Source of the DNA: an uncultured Pseudomonadota bacterium
GTDB taxonomy: Bacteria > Myxococcota_A > Polyangia > Fen-1088
Reading direction: 5' to 3'
Assembly (NCBI GenBank): GCA_963831685.1
Contig: CAWHRJ010000007.1
Coordinates: 310,952-374,951, forward strand
Length of the DNA: 64,000 nt
Shown here piece after piece: positions 53,767-64,000 of this stretch. Each line of letters begins with the position of its first letter. Position 1 is the stretch's first letter. The translations under genes were made by a program, and so were the position numbers. Below the pieces are notes generated by a model. That model had not been told where the DNA came from, did no database searches, and saw only the letters and a list, made by a program, of their open reading frames with translations.

Positions 53767-54566
53767 ATGGATCTCGAACGACGACTTCTGCGCGATATGG
53801 GCCGCGCCATCGGCGATCACCGCCTCATCGAGGAGGGAGATCGGATCATGGTCGCCATGTCTGGAGGCAAGGACAGCTACGGCCTCTGCGTGCTGCTGCG
53901 CGCGATGCAGGCGCGGGCGCCGATCACCTTCGATCTGGTGGCCGTCCACCTCGACCAGGGGCAGCCGGGCTACGACGGCGCGCCGCTCGAGCGGTGGCTG
54001 CAGGCGGAGGGTGTCTCCTACAAGCTCCTACGTGAGAACACCTACGCCATCGTCACCGACAAGATCCCCGAGGGGAAGACCTACTGCTCGCTCTGCTCGC
54101 GGCTGCGCCGCGGCATCCTCTACCGGGTGGCGGGCGAGCTCGGCTGCAACAAGATCGCGCTCGGCCACCACCGCGACGACGCGCTCGAGACGCTGCTCTT
54201 GAACCTGTTCTTCGGCGGCAAGCTCGCCTCGATGCCGCCGCGGCTCACGAGCGACGACGGCCGCTTCGTCGTCATCCGGCCGCTCGCCTACGCGGCCGAG
54301 GCCGATCTGGCAGCGCTGGCGGAAGAGCGCGGCTTCCCGATCCTGCCGTGCCACCTCTGCGGCTCGCAGGACGAGGCGCAGCGCAAGCAGATGAAGGCGC
54401 TGCTCGCCGATCTCGAGCGCAAGCACCCGACGCTGCGGCAGACGATGCTGGCGGCCATCGGCAACGTCGTCCCGTCGCACCTCTACGGCCGTCCGTCGTC
54501 ACCGCCGACATCGCCCGCCGACGTGGAGGCCGAACCGCCCCTCGTCGCTGCGGCGTCGCTGCGACG

Positions 54567-54570
<4 letters not shown>
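53767..54570 (+). CDS. ttcA: tRNA 2-thiocytidine(32) synthetase
   Basis: SGGKDS PP-loop, CSLCSRLRRG, IALGHHRDD, IRPL, PCHLCGSQ. Confidence 0.95.
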
Positions 54571-57035
<2,465 letters not shown>

Positions 57036-57099
57036 GCGCCGACGATATCACGAACCTTCGCTGTCGTTGAGTTTCGCCGGCGAGAGGCGCCAGCGCTAG

Positions 57100-59139
57100 C
57101 TATCGTCTACCTGGCCCGGACGGCGCTTCCACCTTTGGTGCCGGCGCGACGAGCGCGATCGACGACGCCGACAGCGCCCAGATCCGCCCGAACCCGTCGC
57201 GGGTCAGATCGCGCATGTCGCCCGCCAGCACCAGCGATCCCGGATCGAGCGCGCCGCCTCGTCCGGCGATCCGCAATCCCTTGGCGGTCGCCGCCCACAA
57301 CCACCCCGCGTCGTCGGTGGCGAGGCCGTGCACCGCCATCTTGCCGCCGGCGCCGCCATGCCAACTCTTGCCGTCGAAGCGCGCCAGCCCCTCCGAGGTC
57401 GCCGCCCAGACAGAGCCGTCGCCGCCGCGCCCGATCCCCCAGCAGAGCTCGCTCGGCAGCCCCTCGGCCTCGCCCCAGGTCACGAGCTGCCCCTGCTGAA
57501 AGCGCACGACGCCCGACAGCGAGGCGAACCAGATCGCGCCCCCGTCGAACAGAACGCCGTTGAGATCGGCCGGCAGCGGCAGCGCCTCGACCGGCGCGGT
57601 TTCGCCCGGGCGGCGCGGCCGATGCTGGACGCTGACCCCCGTTTGTAGATCGATCTCCACCGCGCCGTAGCCGACGTCCTCGCCGCTGCCGCCCGAGGCG
57701 CGGACGCCGACCCACAGCGCGCCCGACGGCGAGATCCCGGCGAACGACGCCTTGGGCGTCGTCTTGGGCGGCAGCTCCAGCGCGGCGCGCGCCACCGGCG
57801 TCCAGTCGTTGTGCCCCGCGGAGCGCCGGGTGACGACCAGCCCCTTCCAGCTCGGGCCGGCGGAGATCGCGAACGCGTTCCCCTCGTGGTCGGCGGCGAC
57901 GGCCAGCACCGTCGCGTCCGCCGCCTCGCCCACGCTGGTCTTGCTGTACCGGTCGCCGTCGGTCTGCCAGGCCTGCGGGCCGTCGGTGACGATCAGGCAA
58001 TGATCGTGCGCGCGGCAGGCGACGGTGAAGCGATCGGCATCGCCCACCAGCTCGGAGCCGCCCAGAAAATGCGGGCGTGACGCCTCCGCGCGGGCCACGC
58101 CGAGCGCGATGCTGCCGACATAGAGATCGCCGCCGATCGCCGTCGCGGCGGTCACCGCCGCCGGCAGCGCGACGTCGACGGGCGCCCCGGCCCAGTGCGC
58201 GATCTCGGTCCCCACCTCGGTGAAGCGCAGGCCGCCCGACGGCACCGGCTCGCCCGGATCGAGCGCGCGCAGCGCGTAGGCGCGCTCGTGACCGACCGGC
58301 CCCGCGACGAGCAGCGCCTCGTTGCCACGCTGGACCAGCGCCACCGCGTGCGTCCCGACGGGCGCGTGCAGCTCGACGGTGCCGGCCAAGGTGAGCGCGT
58401 AGAGCCACGCGTCGCCGTTGACGTTGCCGACCACCACCCGCGTCCCCGCGGCCGTCGTCGCCATCCCCAGCAGCTCTTCGCAGCCGACCGCCGCGCCCCC
58501 CGGCGCCGGCGTCGCACCGCGATCGTCGGCCTTGAAGAGCCCCTTGTCGCGCGTGCCGACCCAGGCAGTCACGCCGTCGGCGTCGAGCCCCATCCAGCTG
58601 ACCGCCGCCCCCGCCAGCCCGTCGACGACCGACCAGCGGTGCCCGTCGTAACGAAACAGCCCCCCCGGGCCGCCGGCCCAGACCCCCTTGGTCTTGACCG
58701 GTCGCCGCGCCGCCAGCGCGACGACGTCGCCGGGCGAGCCGGCGGTCTGATAGCTGAGCTCGCCCTCCTTGCCGGCGCCCTTGCCGACGACCCAGCGCCC
58801 CGTCTCCTCGGCGCTGGCGACCCAGGCGCTCCCCTCGTCGTCGACGGCGACCGCGGTCAGCGCGTGCGTCCCCTTCTCGTCGCCGTCGCCCACGACGTCG
58901 TAGTCGCCCGTCGTCACGTCCCAGCGGCGGAGCCCCGACGCGCCCGCCGCCCACAGATAGGGAGCCCTCGCCGCCAGCGCCGTGATCGGCCCGGTCTCCG
59001 CGCGCTCGACGATCGTGAAGTCGCCTGCCGTGGGCGGCGGCGGCGCGGCGCCCACGCCGGCATGACAGCCGGAGAGCGCCAGCGCCGCCAGGCTCCACGC
59101 CGCCAAGCCCCACCCCGCCACGCTCCACGCAGGTCGCAT
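57100..59139 (-). CDS. Beta-propeller lipoprotein (two-component-regulator-propeller-like)
   Basis: Lipobox LSGC; repeated A.D..G..W..T..GL.RFDG..W blades. Confidence 0.7.
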   Translation of the reverse strand: MRPAWSVAGWGLAAWSLAALALSGCHAGVGAAPPPPTAGDFTIVERAETGPITALAARAPYLWAAGASGLRRWDVTTGDYDVVGDGDEKGTHALTAVAVDDEGSAWVASAEETGRWVVGKGAGKEGELSYQTAGSPGDVVALAARRPVKTKGVWAGGPGGLFRYDGHRWSVVDGLAGAAVSWMGLDADGVTAWVGTRDKGLFKADDRGATPAPGGAAVGCEELLGMATTAAGTRVVVGNVNGDAWLYALTLAGTVELHAPVGTHAVALVQRGNEALLVAGPVGHERAYALRALDPGEPVPSGGLRFTEVGTEIAHWAGAPVDVALPAAVTAATAIGGDLYVGSIALGVARAEASRPHFLGGSELVGDADRFTVACRAHDHCLIVTDGPQAWQTDGDRYSKTSVGEAADATVLAVAADHEGNAFAISAGPSWKGLVVTRRSAGHNDWTPVARAALELPPKTTPKASFAGISPSGALWVGVRASGGSGEDVGYGAVEIDLQTGVSVQHRPRRPGETAPVEALPLPADLNGVLFDGGAIWFASLSGVVRFQQGQLVTWGEAEGLPSELCWGIGRGGDGSVWAATSEGLARFDGKSWHGGAGGKMAVHGLATDDAGWLWAATAKGLRIAGRGGALDPGSLVLAGDMRDLTRDGFGRIWALSASSIALVAPAPKVEAPSGPGRR

Positions 59140-59209
59140 GTCCGTCGGTACTATGCCCCCCGCCACCCGTCAAGATCGCGCCGCGGGCGCGGCGCGCTAA
59201 CATCGCGCC

Positions 59210-60025
59210 GTGCTATCGGTCGCCCGGTCGCTCGGCGCCTGCCTCGCCCTTCTCGCGGGCGCGATCCCCGCCGCGCCCGGCCGCACGATCACCGTGGTGG
59301 CCGAGGAGGACGTCGGCGCGCCGCTCGAGCGGGCCTTTCCGAGCGCGACCTACGCGCGCGCCGCGGCCGCCGACGCCGAGCTGCGCTGGGACGACGCGCG
59401 CGCCCTCTACCGCCAGACCGCCGACGCCTGGACGCTCGTCGCCCGCACCCGCCCGTCGCGCCCCCTCGACAGCGCAATCGCCAAGGCGCTGCACGAAGCC
59501 GCCGTGTCGCAGACGCTGCTCGCGCGGGCGCGCGGCGGCGGCGCGCCGTTCGGCCGGCTCCCCGACGAGGCGCGCCGCATGCTGCTGCGCCGGCAGACGC
59601 TCGAGGACGGCCGCTTCCTGCGCGCGAAGCTGATGGCCACGCGCGCGGTGCTGGGGCGCGTGTCGCCCGAGCTCTACACGCGCACCCGCGCCCGTCTCGA
59701 GGCGGCGCGCGACGCCACCACCGGTGCCGATCCCGAGGTCCAGCTCCTGCTCTGCGCGACCTACGCCGTCGGCGGCGAGAACGAGGCCGCGCGGCGCGCC
59801 CGCGCCCACGTCACCACCGCCCAGCGCGACGAGCCGAACAACAAGTTGGCGGTCGCCGTGTGCGCCGCCGCGCTCGGCGAGAACGAGGCCGCCCTCGCCG
59901 CGCTCGAGAGCTTCGTCCTGCGCCCGCTCATCCCCCGCCCCGACACCGTCCTGCGCGAGATCTACCTCAGCAACGACTGGGACCACCTGCGCGGCGACCC
60001 GCGCTTCGAAAACCTGTTTCGCTGA
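59210..60025 (+). CDS. Secreted alpha-helical (TPR-like) protein
   Basis: Signal peptide; C-terminal DWDHLRGDPRFENL motif typical of TPR-cap regions. Confidence 0.6.
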   Translation: MLSVARSLGACLALLAGAIPAAPGRTITVVAEEDVGAPLERAFPSATYARAAAADAELRWDDARALYRQTADAWTLVARTRPSRPLDSAIAKALHEAAVSQTLLARARGGGAPFGRLPDEARRMLLRRQTLEDGRFLRAKLMATRAVLGRVSPELYTRTRARLEAARDATTGADPEVQLLLCATYAVGGENEAARRARAHVTTAQRDEPNNKLAVAVCAAALGENEAALAALESFVLRPLIPRPDTVLREIYLSNDWDHLRGDPRFENLFR

Positions 60026-60041
60026 GCCGGCGCGGCGCCGG

Positions 60042-60070
60042 TTGACCTCGCCGCGGCGGACTGCTAGTTA
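60042..60070 (+). promoter_or_regulatory. Possible sigma70 promoter of tRNA-Ala
   Basis: TTGACC-17 bp-TAGTTA with an upstream TG; the -10 element is imperfect. Confidence 0.35.
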
Positions 60071-60093
60071 CTCCCAGCCGGGCAACCGGCGTC

Positions 60094-60166
60094 GGGGCTG
60101 TAGCTCAGCTGGGAGAGCGCCTCAATGGCATTGAGGAGGCCGACGGTTCGATCCCGTTCAGCTCCA
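60094..60166 (+). tRNA. tRNA-Ala (anticodon GGC); CCA not encoded
   Basis: GGGGCTG/CAGCTCC acceptor stem with G3:U70, D arm GCTC/GAGC, anticodon arm CCTCA-ATGGCAT-TGAGG, TTCGATC T-loop, discriminator A. Confidence 0.97.
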
Positions 60167-60237
60167 CGACAGGTAAGTCGGTCTTTTGGTTTTGGGCCGG
60201 CCCCACCCGACCTCGATCTGTCGGGTGGTTTGCGGGC

Positions 60238-60813
60238 TCACTGCGCGGCGAGCGGATCCCGGTAGACGTCATCAACGGCCAGGTCGCAGCCGAGAGACTC
60301 GATCCGCACCGAGGCACCGGATCCGGCTTCGGTCTCGGACCACGAGCCGTCCGCACAGCGGCGAACCACCTGGACCCGATGCGCGTCGTGCGCCACGAAT
60401 AGGATCTCGGTAACGGACGGAACGAGCTTGTATTGATCGAGCTTCTCGCCCCGGTCGTAATCCGCGGTGCTCGGGCTCGTGACCTCGACGAGCAGGGTCG
60501 GGTTCACCAGGGCGTTCGGGTCTTTTCCGTCGCGCTCGGCATGACCGCACACGACGCTGACGTCGGGGTAGGTGTCGAGGCCCGTCGCCTGGACACGTAT
60601 CCTCACGTCCGACGTATAAACGCGGCACGGACGCGTGCCGAGCTTGGCGGTCAGGAGCCCGATGACGTTGGCGGCGCAGCCTCCCTGCTCCGGCGTGCCG
60701 CCTGCCATCGCGTAGATCTGCCCGTCGAGGTACTCGTGCCGGACGTTGCTGTATTCCTCGAGACGAATGTACTCGTCCAAGGTGTACCGGCGCTGGGCCG
60801 CGTGGCTCGACAC
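60238..60813 (-). CDS. Uma2 family (DUF820) endonuclease-fold protein
   Basis: YTLDEY...RHEYLDGQIYAMAGG...YPDVSVVC...NPTLLVEVTSPSTADYDRGEK...Y. Confidence 0.92.
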   Translation of the reverse strand: MSSHAAQRRYTLDEYIRLEEYSNVRHEYLDGQIYAMAGGTPEQGGCAANVIGLLTAKLGTRPCRVYTSDVRIRVQATGLDTYPDVSVVCGHAERDGKDPNALVNPTLLVEVTSPSTADYDRGEKLDQYKLVPSVTEILFVAHDAHRVQVVRRCADGSWSETEAGSGASVRIESLGCDLAVDDVYRDPLAAQ

Positions 60814-61032
60814 AATCCTCAGTCTGTCGCCGCCCCCGGCGGGTGTCCATGGCAGCGCATCGCGGGTCAGCAGCTCACCGGTCCGACGACGACGACTGGC
60901 TCGGGCGTACATGACGGGAGTCATCCGCCTCGGACCTACAGCGTCCCACAAACGCGCCCAAATTCGCTGCTTCTCGACGGGAAAAGGCGGTGTGACGTTG
61001 ATCCGCATGGGTGCGGACGGGAATATCCCTTC

Positions 61033-62274
61033 ATGATCTTTAGCCCCCGTCACTCGCATAGGTCGGTTGGTTTCGTCGCCTCCTGTCTCGCGGCGATCGC
61101 CTTTGCGGCGTGCGCCCAATCCGAGGTGGTGTCGACCGGAAGCGGCGGCTCGAACGGGAGCGGTGGCTCCGACAGCTCCGGCGGATCGACCGGATCCGGC
61201 GGCGCGGAGAGCTCCGGTGGTTCGACCGGCTCGGGCGGGCTCACGGGCTCGGGCGGCCTGACCGGCTCGGGTGGCCTCACCAGCTCGGGCGGCGTCACCG
61301 GATCGGGCGGCGCCACGGCCTCGGGCGGCGTCACGGGCTCCGGCGGCGCGACCGGAACGGGCGGGGCGAAGGGCGGCACCACCGGGTCTGGGGGCGTCGC
61401 CACCGGCGGCGTCACGGGCTCGGGCGGCGGCGCGGCCGGCACGACCGGCACCGGCGGCGCGAAGGGCGGCACCACGGGGACGGGCGGCGGCGCGGCTGGC
61501 GCGCCCGGCACCGGCGGCGCCAAGGGTGGCACCACGGGAACCGGCGGCGGCGCGGCCGGGACGACAGGCGCGGCCGGCAGCTCCGGCACCGGGACGGTCG
61601 ATTGCAGCGCGACCCTCCCGACAAGCGGCGGTACGTCGCACAGCGGGTCGACTTCAGGGATGGCGGGCACGCTGGCCTGGCAGATCTGGCAGAACGGCAG
61701 CGGGGGAACCATGACCACCTTCGGCAGCACGCCAGCGTTCAGCGCCGCGTTTGGCCCGAGCTCGAACGACTTTCTGGCCCGCATCGGCATGTCCTGGGGG
61801 AACAGCGGCAAGGCCGTCAGCGCGCTGGGGACGGTCACGGCGGATTTCGTCGAGACGAAGACGGCCAGCTCCAATCCCGGCTACTCGTACGTTGGGATCT
61901 ACGGGTGGTCGGTGAATCCCTGCGTCGAGTGGTACATCGTCGACGACTCGTACAGCAAGATGCCGGTCAATCCGGGGAGCGGCACCAGCAAGGGGACGGC
62001 GATGATCGACGGTGGGACGTACAATCTGTTGTTGCGCCCCACGACCGGAACGGGCGGCAACCGCTGCGGCAGCAGCGTCACCCAGTGGAACCAGTTCTAC
62101 AGCATCCGGACGACGGCCCGCACCTGCGGGCAGATCTCCATCTCCAGCCACTTCGCCGCCTGGAGCGCCCAGGGCATGACGCTGGGGTCGGTGCTGGAAG
62201 CCAGCATCCTCATCGAGGCTGGCGGCGGTACGGGGAGCATCAGCTTCCCGGTCGCGAACGTCACGGCCCAGTGA
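61033..62274 (+). CDS. Glycoside hydrolase family 11 xylanase lipoprotein with Gly/Thr/Ser linker
   Basis: Lipobox FAAC, long GSGG/TG linker, GIYGWSVNPCVEWYIVD (nucleophile Glu), QFYSIR, HF.AW...G, IEAGGGTG (acid/base Glu). Confidence 0.92.
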   Translation: MIFSPRHSHRSVGFVASCLAAIAFAACAQSEVVSTGSGGSNGSGGSDSSGGSTGSGGAESSGGSTGSGGLTGSGGLTGSGGLTSSGGVTGSGGATASGGVTGSGGATGTGGAKGGTTGSGGVATGGVTGSGGGAAGTTGTGGAKGGTTGTGGGAAGAPGTGGAKGGTTGTGGGAAGTTGAAGSSGTGTVDCSATLPTSGGTSHSGSTSGMAGTLAWQIWQNGSGGTMTTFGSTPAFSAAFGPSSNDFLARIGMSWGNSGKAVSALGTVTADFVETKTASSNPGYSYVGIYGWSVNPCVEWYIVDDSYSKMPVNPGSGTSKGTAMIDGGTYNLLLRPTTGTGGNRCGSSVTQWNQFYSIRTTARTCGQISISSHFAAWSAQGMTLGSVLEASILIEAGGGTGSISFPVANVTAQ

Positions 62275-62704
62275 GGTAGCGCGATCGGCCGCTCGCCGGT
62301 GCGGCCTCTGCGGCAGGGACTGAAAGTGCGTTCTGTTACTCGGTCATTGCCTGATCCGTGGCCGCGCGTCCCCTCCGGCGCCGGTTTGACGCCACGGGTC
62401 TTGCCGAACTTTCTATCGTCTTTCTCAGGGGGGCGGGTCGCACAGGCTTTTTTGGGGGTGCGCGTCGGGACTAGCCAATGTAGCCCGCTTTCTCGACACG
62501 CTGGGATTCCGCGGCCCGCCCTCCTTGCCCTTCGCGCCCGAGCTCGGCTGAACGCCTCGAGCCGGCCGCCGCGAAGCCGCCGAGCTTCTCAGCCAGCGCC
62601 GCAAACGAGCCTCGGCGGCGCTGCTCCGACTGGCCCGACGCCGATCCGTATCCAAGATCCAGGAAAGGGAAAGGGCGGCGTTGGCCGTCCGCTGGAGGTG
62701 TCTC

Positions 62705-63004
62705 ATGAGGAAGCAGCTCTACGGTTTGGGTCTGGCGGGCGCGCTGTCACTGGGCCTCGGCTGGGCGACGACCGCGCGCGCCGACGAGGCGTCAGAGGCG
62801 GCCAAGAGCGCCGGCGAGTCGACTGAAGGCGCTGCCAAGAGCGCCGGCGACGACGTGAACAGCGCCGCCGACAGCGCCGAAGAGACCGCCAAGAAGTCGG
62901 GCGACAAGGCCGACAAGGCGGCCAAGAGCGGCGCCGACAAGACCAAGAGCGGTGCGGACAAGGCTGCCGACAAGGCCAAGGGGAGCGCCACGCCGTCGGA
63001 GTGA
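62705..63004 (+). CDS. Small secreted hydrophilic (LEA-like) protein
   Basis: GGAGG RBS, signal peptide ending ARA, Ala/Lys/Asp repeats (AAKSAGE, KSGADK). Confidence 0.7.
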   Translation: MRKQLYGLGLAGALSLGLGWATTARADEASEAAKSAGESTEGAAKSAGDDVNSAADSAEETAKKSGDKADKAAKSGADKTKSGADKAADKAKGSATPSE

Positions 63005-63020
63005 CGGCCGAATCCGCACG

Positions 63021-63055
63021 AAAAACTCGGGTCGCTCGCAAGCGAGCGACCCGAG
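63021..63055 (-). terminator. Rho-independent terminator
   Basis: CTCGGGTCGCTCGC-AA-GCGAGCGACCCGAG stem with an A5 tract on its left (U-tract on the minus strand), directly after the stop at 63058. Confidence 0.8.
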
Positions 63056-63057
63056 CC

Positions 63058-63915
63058 TTAGACTCGCTTCAGTTCTTTCGGGGTGCGCAGCGATGGCGCG
63101 GAGATGCGCGCCCGCGCGCTCACGATCTCACGCTCGAGGGTCGGGCCGTCGTCGTCCCAGACGACGGACGACTGGTACGGGGCGAGGATGTCGTTCAACC
63201 GTTCCAGCCGTTCCAGCGCCCGCCCCATTCGCTGCGTCTGGACGGCGATCTGCGGATCGCGCGTGAGCAGCTTCTGGCGGACCAACTCCAACGTCTGCAC
63301 GGGCGTGTTGGCGAGATCGCGGAGCGCCATCGAGACCCGCGCCACCCGCTCGATCGCCACCTTCTCCGAGCGCGCGTGCTCGAGCTCGCCGCGCAGCGAG
63401 TTGCCGCGCTGCTTGAACCCCAGCACCACCAGCGCGAACACCCCGTAGGCGATGATCCCCAGCGGCTCGCCCGCCGAGATGCGGGGACGGACGGTGGCGG
63501 ACCAGGTGAGGTGGCGCACCAGCGCCGATCCGACGAACATGAGGATCCCGACGATGCCGGTCGACCAGCCGGGAGGCGCGATGATCGCCAACGTCAGCGC
63601 CGACAGCTTGTTCGGTTCGTACGGAACCCAGCTGGCGCTGTGGGCAGCACGCGCGTCGTCGACCAACCAGGTCATCACCACCGTCGGCACGAGCACCAAC
63701 AGGAAGATCGCCTCCGAGCGACGGCGCGAATACGGGGGACGGCGGGCGCGCAGTACCAGAAGAGCGACGCCGCTGGTCAGGATTCCCGCGCCCTGAACGG
63801 CGCGCAGCGCCGGGCCGGAGATGCGCCAGAACCCGACGACGCCGATGAGCGTTCCCACCACGCCCAGCAAAGCGGAGATGACGGCCGCGCGATGCGCCTC
63901 GGCGGCGTCGTCCAC
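63058..63915 (-). CDS. Multi-pass membrane protein with degenerate HisKA-like helix
   Basis: About 6 TM segments, then ALRDLANTPVQTLEL...LERLNDIL; no HATPase domain. Confidence 0.6.
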   Translation of the reverse strand: MDDAAEAHRAAVISALLGVVGTLIGVVGFWRISGPALRAVQGAGILTSGVALLVLRARRPPYSRRRSEAIFLLVLVPTVVMTWLVDDARAAHSASWVPYEPNKLSALTLAIIAPPGWSTGIVGILMFVGSALVRHLTWSATVRPRISAGEPLGIIAYGVFALVVLGFKQRGNSLRGELEHARSEKVAIERVARVSMALRDLANTPVQTLELVRQKLLTRDPQIAVQTQRMGRALERLERLNDILAPYQSSVVWDDDGPTLEREIVSARARISAPSLRTPKELKRV

Positions 63916-63917
63916 GG

Positions 63918-64000
63918 TCAGACCGCCTCCGCGCCACCCGAGCTCCCCATGATCTTGTCGAGCAGCACCTGACCGTCGAGCGGCTTGTCGAGCACGGTCG
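63918..64000 (-). CDS. 3' end of a response regulator receiver protein (truncated by the window)
   Basis: The minus strand reads TVLDKPLDGQVLLDKIMGSSGGAEAV-stop, which contains the KP motif and final helix of a REC domain. Confidence 0.55.
   Translation of the reverse strand, partial: TVLDKPLDGQVLLDKIMGSSGGAEAV

Noticed and set aside
62275-62700. ncRNA or ORF in the 430-bp intergenic gap
   Set aside because: No recognisable RNA motif, long stem or credible coding signal was found; it is probably a regulatory region.
60094-64000. Integrative element at tRNA-Ala
   Set aside because: There is no integrase and no duplicated tRNA 3' end in the window; the adjacent Uma2 gene alone is insufficient.

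Overview
High-GC chromosomal window, most likely from a myxobacterium (Myxococcota, Polyangia-like). This is inferred from eukaryotic-like Ser/Thr kinases, an FHA-sigma54 activator, TPR/PEGA proteins, Gly/Thr-rich lipoproteins and AgmX/TonB-type proteins. Housekeeping genes include dgt, rnr, rarA, dacB, gcvT-gcvH-gcvP, ttcA, lon and tRNA-Ala(GGC). Many genes between about 5.8 and 20.5 kb, and a few elsewhere, carry single-base frame breaks that look like long-read consensus errors rather than real pseudogenes. The most notable accessory content is: (1) a compact, visibly AT-richer three-gene island (TIGR04255-like protein, small protein, putative PemK/MazF-fold protein) that may be an undescribed tripartite toxin-antitoxin or defence module; (2) a cellulose-use locus in which divergent sigma54 promoters flank tandem CGGACGTCCG palindromes and drive a GH6 cellulase and an outer-membrane protein/carbohydrate-binding lipoprotein pair, next to a kinase/FHA-sigma54/TPR-PEGA/lipoprotein signalling cassette; (3) an operon with a tandem Ddl-like ATP-grasp ligase, a DmpA peptidase, a GshB-like ATP-grasp, a GAF-GGDEF protein and a GNAT; (4) an active/inactive pair of zinc-finger-M23 peptidases; and (5) two multi-hairpin intergenic elements. 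All family calls come from motif recognition by eye; no database search was run.
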